Positions 10,299 to 22,065 of a stretch of DNA of 32,000 nt are shown piece after piece. Made by a program: the position numbers and the translations under genes. How positions within the stretch are numbered: position 1 is the stretch's first letter; each line of letters starts with the position of its first letter. Source of the DNA: Moraxella nasicaprae (lineage in GTDB: Bacteria > Pseudomonadota > Gammaproteobacteria > Pseudomonadales > Moraxellaceae); NCBI RefSeq assembly GCF_025643275.1, contig NZ_CP089977.1, positions 1,920,001 to 1,952,000 of the forward strand, read 5' to 3'. The notes below the pieces were generated by a model. The model did no database searches, was not told where the DNA came from, and saw only the letters and a list, made by a program, of their open reading frames with translations.

Positions 10299-11939
10299 TC
10301 ATGCCAAAATCCGCCAAACCACCACCAAGCCAGCCAATAATAAAAATAGCGGTGCTAGGGCAAAATGAATAAAGCTGGCACTCCACCATGCCAAAGAAAG
10401 CATCAATAGCACACCAAATCCTGCAATCCAATCGTGTCGTCTTTGATTCAAAGCGTCTGCTCGCATGGACTGTATTTCTCGCAAAATACTGTCTTGGGTT
10501 GCTCCTAGTAGGGTAAGACTTTGGATACTTTGGGTGAGTTGTTTGGGCAAATCTGTGGTCGATAACAAAATTTCTGGTAATTTACCCTTGATGTCATGTA
10601 GGTTTTTGACAGGGTCAAGCTGGTCTTTGACCCAAGCGGTCAAAATCGGCTTGGCAAGCGACCAGATGTCAAGTTCTGGGTATAGTTCTCGCCCCAATCC
10701 TTCAACATGCACCAATGTTTTAAGCAGTAGCATCAACTGAGGTGGAATGCTCATGCGATGACGGCGTGCGATGTTGAGAATTTCAAACAGCACGCCTGCA
10801 AAATCAATCTGGTCAATGGGTTTTAGCACCATGGGCGAGACGGTACGAGCCATATCCTGAATCAGAGCGTGCTTGTCAGCCGATGGTGGAATCCAGCCAG
10901 CCGCTGCGATGATTTCGACCAGCATGCCATAATTGCCATTCATCACAGACAGTAGCAGGCGTGCGACAATAAGCTGGTCTTCTTTGGACAGTTGCCCTAT
11001 GATGGCACAATCTAGCCCAATATAGCGAGGATTGGCAACAGCACCACCATCAGGCAATGTTTCTACAAAGATATTGCCAGGGTGCATGTCTGCATGGAAA
11101 AAATTATCCCGAAACACTTGGGTAAAAAAGATGGTCAAGCCTTTCTTGGCAAGTTCTGCACGGTCATAGCCTAACTCATCAAAAGTTTTGGTTTGGGAAA
11201 TGGGCATGCCAAAGATGCGTTCAGACACCATGACAGATTTGCTAGACAGATAGACTTCTGGCACATAAATCAGTCGTGAACCCAAGAAGTTTTGACGCAT
11301 TTTGGTGCTATTGCTTGCTTCAATGCTTAAATCTAGCTCGCCAAGCATGATTTGTCGATAATCCTCGACAATATCCACCAAATGCACGGCTCGGGCAGCT
11401 TCCATGCGAGCAGACACCCAAGCTGCCAATTCTCGCAAAAATTCAAAGTCCGCAACAATGCCCTCAAAAATATCTGGACGAACGACTTTGACCACAACCT
11501 CCCTGCCATCGTGCAGGGCGGCGGTATGCACTTGGGCGACGCTGGCAGCGGCCATCGGCACAACATCAAATCTGGCAAACAGCTCATCAATGGGCTTGCC
11601 TAAGCCTGTACGAGGGTCTTGGATTTGAGCAATGGCAGTCTGAACATCAAAGGGGCTGACTTTGTCTTGTAATAATGATAGCTCGTCAATGATGTGAGCT
11701 GGCAGTAAATCCGAGCGAGTGGAGAGTAGCTGCCCTAGTTTTAAAAACAGCGTTCCCATCTCTTCTAAGGCAAACTTAATCGCCAATGGCTTGGGGGTCT
11801 GTCCGATGCTGGCAGGGTGCATACGAATCAAGCGAGCAATCACAGCAAGCTCTGGAATCTCAGCCAAATAGCTATCTAGGCGATGTTTGGCGGCGATGCG
11901 ATATAGGCGAAGTAATCGACTGCGATGGGAAATAAGCAT
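10299..11939 (-). CDS. ubiB: ubiquinone biosynthesis regulatory kinase UbiB (ABC1/ADCK family)
   Basis: ABC1-kinase motifs (AAASVAQVH, VVVKVVRP, FFHADMHPGNIF), C-terminal TM segments, and position after ubiE-ubiJ. Confidence 0.9.
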   Translation of the reverse strand: MLISHRSRLLRLYRIAAKHRLDSYLAEIPELAVIARLIRMHPASIGQTPKPLAIKFALEEMGTLFLKLGQLLSTRSDLLPAHIIDELSLLQDKVSPFDVQTAIAQIQDPRTGLGKPIDELFARFDVVPMAAASVAQVHTAALHDGREVVVKVVRPDIFEGIVADFEFLRELAAWVSARMEAARAVHLVDIVEDYRQIMLGELDLSIEASNSTKMRQNFLGSRLIYVPEVYLSSKSVMVSERIFGMPISQTKTFDELGYDRAELAKKGLTIFFTQVFRDNFFHADMHPGNIFVETLPDGGAVANPRYIGLDCAIIGQLSKEDQLIVARLLLSVMNGNYGMLVEIIAAAGWIPPSADKHALIQDMARTVSPMVLKPIDQIDFAGVLFEILNIARRHRMSIPPQLMLLLKTLVHVEGLGRELYPELDIWSLAKPILTAWVKDQLDPVKNLHDIKGKLPEILLSTTDLPKQLTQSIQSLTLLGATQDSILREIQSMRADALNQRRHDWIAGFGVLLMLSLAWWSASFIHFALAPLFLLLAGLVVVWRILA

Positions 11940-11953
11940 GGTTAATCAGCAAG

Positions 11954-12580
11954 CTAGTCAAGTTGGTTTTTTAGGGCGGTTAGGCGAGCCTGTTCTCGCT
12001 CAATATCACTTTGCAAAGCGAGCAGTTGTTGTTTTTTGGCGAGTATTTCTGCATCAAGCTGGTTGGCTGGTTTGCTATATAAGCCCAAAAAATCCGACCC
12101 AATTTCTTTGATGCCATCGATGATGGGTTTGGCGATGGGCGAAAACTCCTGCCCAAGCAAGTACAGATGACTGGTGGCTTGTCTGCCAAGCAGTTGTTCG
12201 ATTTTGTCCCAAAAATCAGGTTCAAAATTCTCCATCAAAGTTTTCAGCTGCATCAACAAATGGTGGTCGCCACGAATGGGGAGATTTCCTGTTGGGTTTT
12301 TTATTATTTCTAATAAATGAACGGGATTTTCGACAGTCAAAGTACAATCTGGCTGATGTATGATTGTTCCATTTTTTGGCTCAAAGACACTTTGAACGAC
12401 AGGTTCAAAGCGTACCCCATCATCACAAAATAGCACATCAACGCTTAACTCAGGTGAGTTGATGACCACTCTTAGCGTTTTGCCAGTCAGCCTACCCATG
12501 CCATCAGCAGTGATGGCATCACTACGAATGGCGGTGTTGATGAGTCGTTCGGCCGCCGCCAGTGCAAGAACCAGTATCAT
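11954..12580 (-). CDS. ubiJ: ubiquinone biosynthesis accessory factor UbiJ (SCP2 domain)
   Basis: 208 aa located between ubiE and ubiB. The start codon directly abuts the ubiE stop. N-terminal SCP2-like pattern and C-terminal coiled coil. Confidence 0.7.
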   Translation of the reverse strand: MILVLALAAAERLINTAIRSDAITADGMGRLTGKTLRVVINSPELSVDVLFCDDGVRFEPVVQSVFEPKNGTIIHQPDCTLTVENPVHLLEIIKNPTGNLPIRGDHHLLMQLKTLMENFEPDFWDKIEQLLGRQATSHLYLLGQEFSPIAKPIIDGIKEIGSDFLGLYSKPANQLDAEILAKKQQLLALQSDIEREQARLTALKNQLD

Positions 12581-13423
12581 TTAGCGAGCCTTAAAGCCAC
12601 GATGCACGGCAACGATACCGCCTGTTAAGTTGTGGTAGTCACAGTTAATAAAACCTGCGTTTTCCATCATGCCTTTGAGCGTGGCTTGGTCTGGGTGCAT
12701 ACGGATACTTTCGGCAAGGTATTGATAGCTTTCGGCATCGCCTGCCACCAGCTTACCCATCATTGGTAGGGCGGTGAATGAATACAGGTCATAAGCCTTA
12801 GATAGTGGTTCAAAAATTGGTTTGGAAAATTCCAGCACTAATAAGCGACCACCTGGTTTTAGCACTCGGTGCATGGCAGCAAGAGCTTTATCTTTGTCCG
12901 TCACATTACGCAGACCAAAGCTGATGGTAACTAGGTCAAACGAATTATCCGCAAAAGGTTCTAGCGTCTCGGCATTGGCAAGCACAAAATCGACATTGTT
13001 ACAACCAGCATTGATAAGACGAGTGCGACCCACTTCTAGCATGGCTTCGTTGATGTCAGATAATACCACTTTGCCAGAGCGACCCACTGCACGGCTAAAT
13101 GCCTTGGATAAGTCGCCTGTACCACCTGCAATATCAAGCACACTTTGACCTGAACGAACACCAGTCAGGCTGATGGCGTAGCGTTTCCATAATCGATGAA
13201 TGCCAAAGCTCATCAGGTCGTTCATGATGTCGTATTTACGAGCGACAGAGGTAAACACTTGTGCAACTTTGGCTTCTTTTTCGGTTTTTTTGACGGTTTG
13301 ATAACCAAAATGCGTGGTTTCTTCGCTGACAGGCTCACTGCCTTGTGGGTGTTGTAGCTGACTTTGACCTTGTGGCGTGCCTGTTGGCAAGATGTTTGGA
13401 TTGGTGAATTGGGTGTCGCTCAT
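12581..13423 (-). CDS. ubiE: demethylmenaquinone/ubiquinone C-methyltransferase UbiE
   Basis: SAM-binding motif [11 protein letters not shown], then FGLRNVTDK and [13 protein letters not shown]. Confidence 0.9.
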   Translation of the reverse strand: MSDTQFTNPNILPTGTPQGQSQLQHPQGSEPVSEETTHFGYQTVKKTEKEAKVAQVFTSVARKYDIMNDLMSFGIHRLWKRYAISLTGVRSGQSVLDIAGGTGDLSKAFSRAVGRSGKVVLSDINEAMLEVGRTRLINAGCNNVDFVLANAETLEPFADNSFDLVTISFGLRNVTDKDKALAAMHRVLKPGGRLLVLEFSKPIFEPLSKAYDLYSFTALPMMGKLVAGDAESYQYLAESIRMHPDQATLKGMMENAGFINCDYHNLTGGIVAVHRGFKAR

Positions 13424-13529
13424 ATCGATAAACCTAATGTGTGAAATTTTTTTACTATGATACTACAAATTGATGAAATTTGCGAAAAATTCGCCATTTT
13501 TTCTGCTGGCAGTAGGGGAATTGTGTTAA

Positions 13530-14234
13530 TTAAATGCCATCATCGGTTTGGTGCATTTGTTCAATCGTTGCCAGTTCGCCTGCCACAAAAGGTTGGGTAA
13601 AGTCTTGAATATCATCAATCGTTCTGATGGCGTGCAGACCATCATGAATGAAATCGTACAGCGGCTGATAGCCGTTTTGGTAGGCACTTTTTTTGGCAAG
13701 TTTGAATGCGTTAAACAGCAAAAAAGAATTAAAATGTTCATAGCATTGCTGACAAACCGTCTCGATGGTTTGGATTTGCTTGATGCGTGCTGATTTATTG
13801 CCGCTACTTTGATATAGATGACGCATGGTGGCGGTGTCTGGCTGATGATACTTGCCATCAAGATAGGCTTGGGCAAGCACCAAATCCAGCTCGATGGCTT
13901 CAATGCCCGCTTGAACACCCAAAATCCCAACATCAAGAATGTGTTTTGGCAATAATTTTTCTAATTTTCCCACGCCTGACAGGGCGTTTTGACCTGCTGT
14001 TAATAACTGTTGTGCGATGACATCAAATGATTGATTGTGATAAATCTGTTCAATCAGATAACAAGCCAGCGGAGCGGTTTTGGGATTGTCAAACAATGTG
14101 GCATGTGTTTGGTAGATACGCTGTATTTGCCATGACTGTATCTGTTGTAAAGCATCAAACAAGGCTTGATGGCGATGATGTGGCAGGCGTTGATAATGTT
14201 GCAAGAGCTGTACAAGATAGCTAATGTTCGACAT
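13530..14234 (-). CDS. hypothetical protein
   Basis: 234-aa ORF with coding-like composition. I recognise no motif. Confidence 0.5.
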   Translation of the reverse strand: MSNISYLVQLLQHYQRLPHHRHQALFDALQQIQSWQIQRIYQTHATLFDNPKTAPLACYLIEQIYHNQSFDVIAQQLLTAGQNALSGVGKLEKLLPKHILDVGILGVQAGIEAIELDLVLAQAYLDGKYHQPDTATMRHLYQSSGNKSARIKQIQTIETVCQQCYEHFNSFLLFNAFKLAKKSAYQNGYQPLYDFIHDGLHAIRTIDDIQDFTQPFVAGELATIEQMHQTDDGI

Positions 14235-14492
14235 AATAAAGTTCCCAAATCATCAAAATATCCATCGTGTACAATATCTGATAAATTGGACGCTGTCAAA
14301 TCGAAGTTTGCTAAGCATGATTGGAAATTTTAATCAAAATAAAATATATACTGATGGTTAATTTGTGGTAAAATTAAGCAACAATTGTGTGAGTTATTTT
14401 GACTGATGATATTCTAAGTCATTAAGCACAATGTTTAACATCATCGCTGGATAGTTGCGTCCAGCTTATTTTTTAAAAAAATTGGCGGATTT

Positions 14493-16085
14493 ATGACAAA
14501 TTCATCAAGTAAACAGACCACACCGCTGGCAGGCAATATCTTTTTTGGCTTGTTGTTGGCACTGATGAGTGCTTATTTTGTCTGGTGGGGGCTGGATTAT
14601 ACCAATCATCAATTGACATTGCTGTTTTTGGTTGCTTCGTTTTTTGGAATATTCTTGGCGTTTAACATCGGTGGTAATGATGTTGCCAATTCATTTGGTA
14701 CTTCGGTAGGTTCTGGTACTTTAACCGTCACGCAAGCCTTGGCGATTGCTGCGATTTTTGAGGTGTCAGGAGCGGTATTGGCAGGTGCTGCGGTTACCGA
14801 CACCATTCGTAGCGGCATCGTGGATTTAAGTGGACTTGGCGTGAAGCCAGACCAGTTTATTTATTTGATGCTGTCAGCGTTAGTGGCGGCTTCTTTTTGG
14901 CTTTTGTTTGCCACCAAAAAGGGCTATCCTGTCTCAACCACGCATGCCATCATTGGTGGTATTATTGGTAGTTCGGTGGTGCTTGGCATCAGTATGGGTG
15001 GCACGCAGTTGGCGTTTGAAACCGTACAATGGGCAAAAGTGGGCAGTATCGCCGTTTCTTGGGTCATCTCACCTGCACTGGGTGCGTTGTTTTCTTATGT
15101 GATTTATAGCTTAATTAAGAAAAATATTTTAAGCTATAATGATAAGGCGGAAACTCGCATCAAAGACCTTAAAACTCGTAAAAAAGAAATTAAGGCCAAT
15201 CAAGCGATGTATTTTGAGGGTCTTAGTGAAGAGGATAAACTGCCCTATACCAATGCCATGTTGCGAGACCAAGAAGTGTACAAGGATGCCGATTGTTCTC
15301 GTGATGACTTAGAAACAGAATATTATCGCTCATTGTTCGATGTCGAAAGAGAGCGAGAGCAAGTCGATCCGCTCAAAGCCATTCGCACTTGGGTGCCACT
15401 ATTGGCGGCAGGTGGGGCAATCATCATGACGGCAATGGTGGTCTTTAAAGGTTTGCAGCACACAGGACTGAATCTATCGCCTGTACATGCCATCTTGGTG
15501 ATGGGTATGCTTGGGGCGTTTGTATGGTTGGCGGCATTTTTGTACACCAAAAACATTCGTGGCAAGCAAAAAACCGATCTTGGCAAGGCAACCTTTGTGA
15601 TGTTTAGTTGGATGCAGGTGTTTACTGCTTGTGCCTTTGCATTTAGTCATGGCTCGAATGATATTGCTAATGCAGTCGGTCCTTTTGTGGCGATTTTGGA
15701 AGTGATTCGCACAGGCGTGCTAGAAAATCAGTCTAGCGTGCCAGCCCCTGTCATGCTGACCTTTGGTGTGGCGTTGATTGTGGGTCTGTGGTTTATTGGT
15801 AAAGAGGTCATTCAAACTGTCGGCACAAACTTAACAGAAATGCACCCAGCCTCTGGCTTTACCGCAGAATTGGCGGCAGCGGCAGTGGTGATGGGTGCGT
15901 CCAGCTTGGGCATTCCTGTATCAAGCACACACATTTTGGTCGGTGCTGTTTTGGGCATTGGCATGGTCAATAAAAACACCAATTGGAAGTTGATGCGTCC
16001 GATTGGCTTGGCGTGGGTGATTACCTTGCCAGCAGCAGCAGCCATCAGTGCGATTGCCTTTTTGGTGCTTAATGCAGTATTGTAG
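14493..16085 (+). CDS. inorganic phosphate transporter, PiT family
   Basis: Duplicated PiT signature GGNDVANSFGTSVGSG / GSNDIANAVGPF, many TM segments and a central hydrophilic loop. Confidence 0.9.
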   Translation: MTNSSSKQTTPLAGNIFFGLLLALMSAYFVWWGLDYTNHQLTLLFLVASFFGIFLAFNIGGNDVANSFGTSVGSGTLTVTQALAIAAIFEVSGAVLAGAAVTDTIRSGIVDLSGLGVKPDQFIYLMLSALVAASFWLLFATKKGYPVSTTHAIIGGIIGSSVVLGISMGGTQLAFETVQWAKVGSIAVSWVISPALGALFSYVIYSLIKKNILSYNDKAETRIKDLKTRKKEIKANQAMYFEGLSEEDKLPYTNAMLRDQEVYKDADCSRDDLETEYYRSLFDVEREREQVDPLKAIRTWVPLLAAGGAIIMTAMVVFKGLQHTGLNLSPVHAILVMGMLGAFVWLAAFLYTKNIRGKQKTDLGKATFVMFSWMQVFTACAFAFSHGSNDIANAVGPFVAILEVIRTGVLENQSSVPAPVMLTFGVALIVGLWFIGKEVIQTVGTNLTEMHPASGFTAELAAAAVVMGASSLGIPVSSTHILVGAVLGIGMVNKNTNWKLMRPIGLAWVITLPAAAAISAIAFLVLNAVL

Positions 16086-16103
16086 TATTGCCATCAATAA
16101 AAA

Positions 16104-16129
16104 AACCACTCAGATTGAGTGGTTTTTTT
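16104..16129. terminator. bidirectional terminator between the PiT gene and truD
   Basis: Stem AACCACTCA (16104-16112) / TGAGTGGTT (16116-16124), flanked by an A-run and a T-run. Confidence 0.7.
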
Positions 16130-16146
16130 ATGCAATGAGGTTGGTG

Positions 16147-17244
16147 TTAAGGGGTGGTTTGAGTATCTTGTGCGTGCAGTAGGGTGAATTGCTTAACCAG
16201 TGCCGCCAGCACCACAGTAGCAAAGCTGCCTTTGGGCAAACAAAAAGACAGCTGTAATGTTTGTTCATCAAGCCATTGCCATGATAAATCAGACACCATC
16301 AGTCTAAGCGGTCTTTGGGCGATTTTTGTTCCGATGATGTCAAGCCCTGCTTTAAACACTTGATGGCATTCATCATCAATGATGGCTTGGTACATCTGCT
16401 GTACATCAGCGGTGTGTCTGCCATCGCCCACGCCATACAGTGGGGCGGTTAGATGAATGTCGCCTGTATGTAGCCTGTGTCTGATGTCATCATCAATCAT
16501 CGCCTCAAAAATTGACCCTGTGCCATTAAGATTAAAAATATCGCCACAGATGGCATGGTTCCAGTTGCCAAGCTCAACTCTTTTGGCGAGCATTTTGTTA
16601 AACAGCACGCTTCTTGCCACCGAAATCATCAAACCATCTTGTTCGGCAAATCGCTTATTGGGGCGATAACTGCCTTTTTGTATGATTTTTTCAAAAAATC
16701 GTTGTGCTTTGGCGATATTATTGTCATCATGCCCAAATCGCTGCTCCCCAAAATAATTTGGCACGCCTGTTTGTTTTAATTGATGTAGCGTCTCATCAAT
16801 GGCAGGGCGATTGCCACAAACATGCCGTAAAATGATGTCAAATTGATTGCTTTTATGTGTGCCAGTCGCCAGCTTACGATGATGCCAATGTTGCTGGTTA
16901 AGAATGATGTACTCATCATCACGCAGGTGTGGCTGAATAAATGCCATCAAATCGACCTGAGGTAGTTGCTGTTTTGGTAGGCGAATACTAAACCACTGAT
17001 GTGTGATGGCGTGGCGGTCTTTTTTGCCAGAGTAGCCCACATCACGCATTGGCACATCTGCCCACATCGCCAGTAGTTTGGCAAGATGGGCGGTATTGAT
17101 GCCTGTTTTGGTCAGATGTAGCCATAGGTGTTCGCCTTGCCCTGTATGCTCGATGGATAAATTTTCGGTCACTTCAAAATCAGCAGGCTGCTGTTTGTAG
17201 ATGGCGGCATCGATGGGTTGCAAGTACGGCTGTGGGTAGTGCAT
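16147..17244 (-). CDS. truD: tRNA pseudouridine(13) synthase TruD
   Basis: TruD-like sequence (FEVTENL, YSGKKDRHAITHQWFS, PNYFGEQRFG). Start set to the MHYPQPYL ATG at 17244, because the track's 5' extension overlaps the upstream gene. Confidence 0.85.
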   Translation of the reverse strand: MHYPQPYLQPIDAAIYKQQPADFEVTENLSIEHTGQGEHLWLHLTKTGINTAHLAKLLAMWADVPMRDVGYSGKKDRHAITHQWFSIRLPKQQLPQVDLMAFIQPHLRDDEYIILNQQHWHHRKLATGTHKSNQFDIILRHVCGNRPAIDETLHQLKQTGVPNYFGEQRFGHDDNNIAKAQRFFEKIIQKGSYRPNKRFAEQDGLMISVARSVLFNKMLAKRVELGNWNHAICGDIFNLNGTGSIFEAMIDDDIRHRLHTGDIHLTAPLYGVGDGRHTADVQQMYQAIIDDECHQVFKAGLDIIGTKIAQRPLRLMVSDLSWQWLDEQTLQLSFCLPKGSFATVVLAALVKQFTLLHAQDTQTTP

Positions 17245-17251
17245 GAGCGTC

Positions 17252-17818
17252 TCAGTTTGGATTGATAAACAGTTTTTTGGGCAGATAGCCAATGACCATT
17301 TCATCTGGGGCGGTGTCAGTGGTGGCGGTGATTTTGATTTGATAACGCTGTTTAAAGTACGCTGGTAAAGCGTCCATAACATCAAAAATCTCGTCCACAT
17401 CAACGCCATATTTATTGTCAATATGAGAAGTGGCACGAGTGCCTACAATATCAAATTCTTGATAAAAGGCGGAGCGTTTGGCGATACTGGTTGCCTCTGC
17501 CATATCTTTGGCGACAACCAGCATTTTGTGATGATATTCTTCAAAATGATTGGGTTTGTAACCGCCCAAATTGATGAAATAGAGTTTTTTATCGTTATCA
17601 ATCACGCTGTCTTTTGGTACGATTTCAATCGTATGACCATCAACCTGACAAACCTTGCGATAGGCATCAATGTGCCAAATGTCTTTAATTTCTGCCCATG
17701 ATTGTTCAAAATGAGGAATCAGCTCGTGAACCTGATTGGCAATCCCAAAGAAAATATCGTGTTGTTCAATCAGGCGACCTTTGGGGGTGGCTCCTAGTTT
17801 TAGCATATAAAGATACAT
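17252..17818 (-). CDS. DUF1543-like protein (two repeated halves)
   Basis: MYLYMLKLGATPKGRLIEQHDIFFG and LYFINLGGYKPNHFEEYHHKMLVVA are two copies of the same module. AAGGAAG RBS before ATG 17818. The gene ends 7 nt before truD. Confidence 0.65.
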   Translation of the reverse strand: MYLYMLKLGATPKGRLIEQHDIFFGIANQVHELIPHFEQSWAEIKDIWHIDAYRKVCQVDGHTIEIVPKDSVIDNDKKLYFINLGGYKPNHFEEYHHKMLVVAKDMAEATSIAKRSAFYQEFDIVGTRATSHIDNKYGVDVDEIFDVMDALPAYFKQRYQIKITATTDTAPDEMVIGYLPKKLFINPN

Positions 17819-17996
17819 CGTACTTCCTTTTTGCGTGAATAAGTTGAATAGTATAGCACCAAACCGACCAACATAAAATACAAAGCAAGGATTAAATATT
17901 GAGCAGCAGTTTAGGCAACTTGAAAGAATTTCAAAATTACCACCATCAATGCTATAATAGAGCAATTTTTTATTTTTGTTATTTTGGTTTTATATT

Positions 17997-20900
17997 ATGA
18001 ATCCATCAGCCAGCAATGCAGCCACCACCCACAAAACCCACGACCCAGCGAACTTTACCCTAACACCGCCTAGCGATTTTCCCTATCGTGATATTCAAAA
18101 GAATAACAAAGAGCGGTTAAAAGCCATTTTAAATCAAAGAATTATGTTCCTTGACGGTGCGATGGGAACAGAGATTCAAAATTATAAATTAGCCGAAGCA
18201 GATTATCGTGGCGAGCGGTTTGCTGATTTTGGCTTTGATGTTAAAGGCAATAATGATTTACTTGTATTAACACAACCACAAATCATTGAAAGTATTCATA
18301 AAAGTTATCTGGACGCTGGGGCGGACATCATTGAGACCAACAGCTTTAACGGCACACAAATCTCAATGGCAGACTACCATATGGAGCATTTGGTCTATGA
18401 AATTAACAAAACTTCTGCCCAATTAGCAAGACAAGCCTGTGATGAATATACCGCCAAAAATCCTGATAAACCCCGTTTTGTCGCTGGCGTGATTGGACCG
18501 ACTTCTCGCACTTGTTCTATTTCGCCTGATGTGAATGACCCTGCGTTTCGCAATGTGTCGTTTGATGAGCTGGTGGACAATTATACCGAAAGTACGTTTG
18601 CCTTGATTGAAGGCGGTGCGGACATTATTCTCATTGAAACCATTTTTGATACCTTAAATGCCAAAGCAGCGATTTTTGCCGTGCTTGGCGTGTTTGAAAA
18701 AATCGGTTTTGAATTGCCGATTATGATTAGTGGGACGATTACCGATGCGTCAGGGCGTACACTGTCTGGGCAAACTGCCGAAGCGTTTTATAATTCTATC
18801 AGACACGCCAATCCCATTTCCATCGGCTTTAACTGTGCGTTGGGGGCTGATGCGTTAAAACCACACATCAAAACTTTGTCTGATGTCTGCGAGACTTTTG
18901 TCTCAGCTCACCCAAATGCAGGTTTGCCCAACGAGTTTGGAGCATATGACGAAACGCCTGATGAAACTGCGACAATGGTTGCCGATTTTGCCAAATCAGG
19001 CATTGTTAATATTGTTGGTGGGTGCTGTGGCACAACGCCAGAGCATATCCGTGTGATGGTGCAAAAAGTATCTGCCTTTGCCCCACGCCAAATCCCAGAT
19101 TACAAGCCTGCTTGCCGTTTGTCAGGGCTTGAAGCCTTTAACATTACTCGTGATAGCTTGTTTGTCAATGTGGGCGAACGAACCAATGTGACAGGTTCAA
19201 AAAAGTTTTTAAGATTGATTAAAAACGAAGAATATGGGCAAGCCCTAGATGTGGCAAGAGACCAAGTAGAAGGCGGAGCCCAAATCGTGGACATCAATAT
19301 GGACGAGGCGATGCTGGACAGTAAGCAGGCGATGATTCATTTTGTCAATTTGATAGCAAGTGAGCCTGACATTAGCCGAGTGCCACTGATGATTGATTCA
19401 TCAAAATGGGACATTATTGAAGCAGGCTTAAAATGCACGCAGGGCAAAGCGGTGGTCAATTCCATATCCCTAAAAGAAGGCTATGATGAATTTGTGCAAA
19501 AAGCTAAATTGTGCAGACGGTTTGGTGCAGCGATTATCGTAATGGCATTTGATGAAAAAGGACAAGCCGATACCGAAGAGCGAAAAATTGAGATTTGTAA
19601 ACGCTCTTATGATATTTTGGTGGACGAAGTGGGTTTTCCAAGTGAAGACATTATTTTTGACCCCAATATTTTTGCGGTAGCGACAGGCATTGAAGAGCAT
19701 AACAATTATGGCGTCGATTTTATCAATGCCACAGGCTGGATTACCCAAAACCTACCCAATGCAATGGTGTCAGGTGGGGTGTCTAATGTGTCGTTTAGTT
19801 TCCGTGGCAATCCCATTCGTGAAGCCATTCACGCCGTGTTTTTGTATCACGCCATTAACAATGGTATGACAATGGGCATTGTCAATCCTGCAATGCTAGA
19901 ATTGTATGATGAGATTGACCCTATTGCTCGTGAAGCCATTGAAGATGTGATTTTAAATCGTAACAATGACAACAACGAAGCGACCGAAAAACTCTTGGAA
20001 GTTGCCGAAAATTATCACGCAGGCGACAAAGCCAAAACAGGCGGTAGTGATTTGGCTTGGCGTAATGAGAGCGTTGAAAAACGCATTGAATACGCCCTTG
20101 TCAAAGGTATTACCACTTATATTAACGAAGATACCGAAGAAGCCAGATTAAAATACCCAAAACCCTTAAATGTCATTGAAGGTCCACTAATGGACGGTAT
20201 GAATGTGGTGGGCGATTTGTTTGGGGCGGGCAAAATGTTTTTACCGCAAGTGGTCAAATCCGCCCGAGTGATGAAACAGGCGGTGGCGTGGCTCAATCCC
20301 TACATTGAAGCTGAAAAAGTCGCAGGCGAGTCTAAGGGCAAAATCCTAATGGCAACGGTCAAGGGCGATGTCCACGACATTGGCAAAAATATCGTGGGCG
20401 TGGTGCTGGGCTGTAATGGTTATGACATTGTGGATTTGGGCGTGATGGTGCCGTGCGAAAAGATTTTACAAACCGCCAAAGATGAAAAAGTGGACATTAT
20501 CGGACTGTCAGGCTTAATTACCCCAAGCCTTGATGAAATGGTCTATGTGGCAAGCCAAATGCAAGAGCAAGGCTTTAAAATTCCCTTACTGATTGGTGGA
20601 GCGACCACAAGCAAGGCACACACGGCGGTCAAAATTGACCCACAATATTCAAATGACGCAGTGATTTATGTGGCGGACGCAAGCCGTGCAGTCGGTGTAG
20701 CGACCACGCTGTTATCCAAAGAGATGAAAGAAAATTTTGTTGCTGAAACTCGTGCCGAATATCAAAAAGTGCGTGAACGGCTGGCGAATAAACAGCCTAA
20801 ATCCGCCAAGCTGTCTTATCTTGATGCGGTGGAAAACGGCTTGCAAAAAGACTGGCAGAGCTATACTCCGCCTGTACCGAACCATTTAGGGCAGCTTGTC

Positions 20901-21773
20901 TTTGATGATTATCCGTTGGAGCGTTTGTTGCCTTATATTGATTGGACGCCGTTTTTTATTTCGTGGGGTTTGGTGGGCAAATATCCGAAGATTTTTGATG
21001 ATGAAGTGGTGGGGACAGAAGCCAAAGAGCTATTTGCCAATGCAGCCGCAATGATTGACAAGCTCATCAAAGAAAAATCCGTCATCGCCAAAGCAGTGGT
21101 CAAGCTCTCGCCAGCCACTCGCACAGGGACGGATACGGTGAGCGTCAATGATGATGGCAAAGTGTATGAGTTTTATCATTTGCGTCAGCAGTCGGATAAG
21201 GTAACAGGCAAGCCCAATTATAGCCTAGCGGACTTTATTGCCCCAAGTGAAAGCGGTAAACCTGACTTTTTGGGTGGCTTTACGGTGTCCATCTTTGGGG
21301 CAGAAGAATTGGCAGACGAATACAAGGCAAAGGGCGATGATTATAATGCCATTATGGTGCAAGCGGTGTGTGATAGGTTTGCCGAGAGCTTTGCTGAAGC
21401 CTTGCACGAGCGGGTGCGTAAGGAATTTTGGGGATACCAAGCGGACGAAAGTTTCACCAACGATGAGCTGATAAAAGAAAAATATGTCGGCATTCGTCCT
21501 GCCCCGGGTTATCCTGCCTGTCCAGAACACACCGAAAAAGGCACGCTCTTTGAGTGGCTTGATACTACCGCCACCATCGGCACTTATTTGACCGAAAGCT
21601 ATGCAATGTATCCACCGTCTAGCGTATCGGGCTTTTATTATAGCTTGCCTGAGAGCTGTTATTTTAATGTCGGCAAAATCAGCCAAGACCAATTAGAGCA
21701 TTACGCTAAACTTAAAGGGTGGGATTTAAATACCGCTAAGAAATGGCTAAATCCGAATTTGGGGGAGGTGTGA
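17997..21773 (+). CDS. metH: cobalamin-dependent methionine synthase
   Basis: Homocysteine-binding ([11 protein letters not shown]), pterin-binding, B12-binding ([11 protein letters not shown]) and AdoMet-activation domains. Start placed at ATG 17997. Confidence 0.95.
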   Translation: MNPSASNAATTHKTHDPANFTLTPPSDFPYRDIQKNNKERLKAILNQRIMFLDGAMGTEIQNYKLAEADYRGERFADFGFDVKGNNDLLVLTQPQIIESIHKSYLDAGADIIETNSFNGTQISMADYHMEHLVYEINKTSAQLARQACDEYTAKNPDKPRFVAGVIGPTSRTCSISPDVNDPAFRNVSFDELVDNYTESTFALIEGGADIILIETIFDTLNAKAAIFAVLGVFEKIGFELPIMISGTITDASGRTLSGQTAEAFYNSIRHANPISIGFNCALGADALKPHIKTLSDVCETFVSAHPNAGLPNEFGAYDETPDETATMVADFAKSGIVNIVGGCCGTTPEHIRVMVQKVSAFAPRQIPDYKPACRLSGLEAFNITRDSLFVNVGERTNVTGSKKFLRLIKNEEYGQALDVARDQVEGGAQIVDINMDEAMLDSKQAMIHFVNLIASEPDISRVPLMIDSSKWDIIEAGLKCTQGKAVVNSISLKEGYDEFVQKAKLCRRFGAAIIVMAFDEKGQADTEERKIEICKRSYDILVDEVGFPSEDIIFDPNIFAVATGIEEHNNYGVDFINATGWITQNLPNAMVSGGVSNVSFSFRGNPIREAIHAVFLYHAINNGMTMGIVNPAMLELYDEIDPIAREAIEDVILNRNNDNNEATEKLLEVAENYHAGDKAKTGGSDLAWRNESVEKRIEYALVKGITTYINEDTEEARLKYPKPLNVIEGPLMDGMNVVGDLFGAGKMFLPQVVKSARVMKQAVAWLNPYIEAEKVAGESKGKILMATVKGDVHDIGKNIVGVVLGCNGYDIVDLGVMVPCEKILQTAKDEKVDIIGLSGLITPSLDEMVYVASQMQEQGFKIPLLIGGATTSKAHTAVKIDPQYSNDAVIYVADASRAVGVATTLLSKEMKENFVAETRAEYQKVRERLANKQPKSAKLSYLDAVENGLQKDWQSYTPPVPNHLGQLVFDDYPLERLLPYIDWTPFFISWGLVGKYPKIFDDEVVGTEAKELFANAAAMIDKLIKEKSVIAKAVVKLSPATRTGTDTVSVNDDGKVYEFYHLRQQSDKVTGKPNYSLADFIAPSESGKPDFLGGFTVSIFGAEELADEYKAKGDDYNAIMVQAVCDRFAESFAEALHERVRKEFWGYQADESFTNDELIKEKYVGIRPAPGYPACPEHTEKGTLFEWLDTTATIGTYLTESYAMYPPSSVSGFYYSLPESCYFNVGKISQDQLEHYAKLKGWDLNTAKKWLNPNLGEV

Positions 21774-21880
21774 AGCTGATATGGTGGGGTGTATGGATTG
21801 GTATTTGATGCTGTATCAATCCATGTATCTTGCCTGATTTAAAAAAATCATATTTTTTCAAAAATTTTTGCAAAAAATGC

Positions 21881-21908
21881 TTGACACTCCAAAAAAACCC
21901 TGTATAAT
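21881..21908 (+). promoter_or_regulatory. sigma-70 promoter of tRNA-Leu
   Basis: TTGACA (21881-21886), 16-bp spacer, TATAAT (21903-21908). AT-rich UP-like tract upstream (21841-21878). Confidence 0.65.
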
Positions 21909-21943
21909 ACGCACACATAAGCAAAGACGCTTAACCACTTTAA

Positions 21944-22030
21944 GCCAGTGTGGTGAAATTGGTAGACACGACGGATTCAAAATCCGTTGCCTTTAAAAGC
22001 GTGTCGGTTCGAGTCCGACCACTGGTACCA
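21944..22030 (+). tRNA. tRNA-Leu (anticodon CAA)
   Basis: Acceptor stem GCCAGTG/CACTGGT, anticodon arm ACGGA-TTCAAAA-TCCGT, long variable arm, GGTTCGAGTCC T-arm and encoded CCA. Close to the E. coli leuX-type sequence as I remember it. Confidence 0.92.
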
Positions 22031-22036
22031 TCTAAG

Positions 22037-22065
22037 AAAAAGCCCTGATTATTCAGGGCTTTTTG
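22037..22065 (+). terminator. rho-independent terminator after tRNA-Leu
   Basis: Stem AGCCCTGA (22041-22048) / TCAGGGCT (22053-22060) followed by TTTT. Confidence 0.75.

Noticed and set aside
14290-14310. CTGTCA hexamer upstream of the PiT gene, considered as a possible Pho box.
   Set aside because: Only one half-site is present, and there is no second CTGTCA-like repeat at the expected 11-bp spacing.
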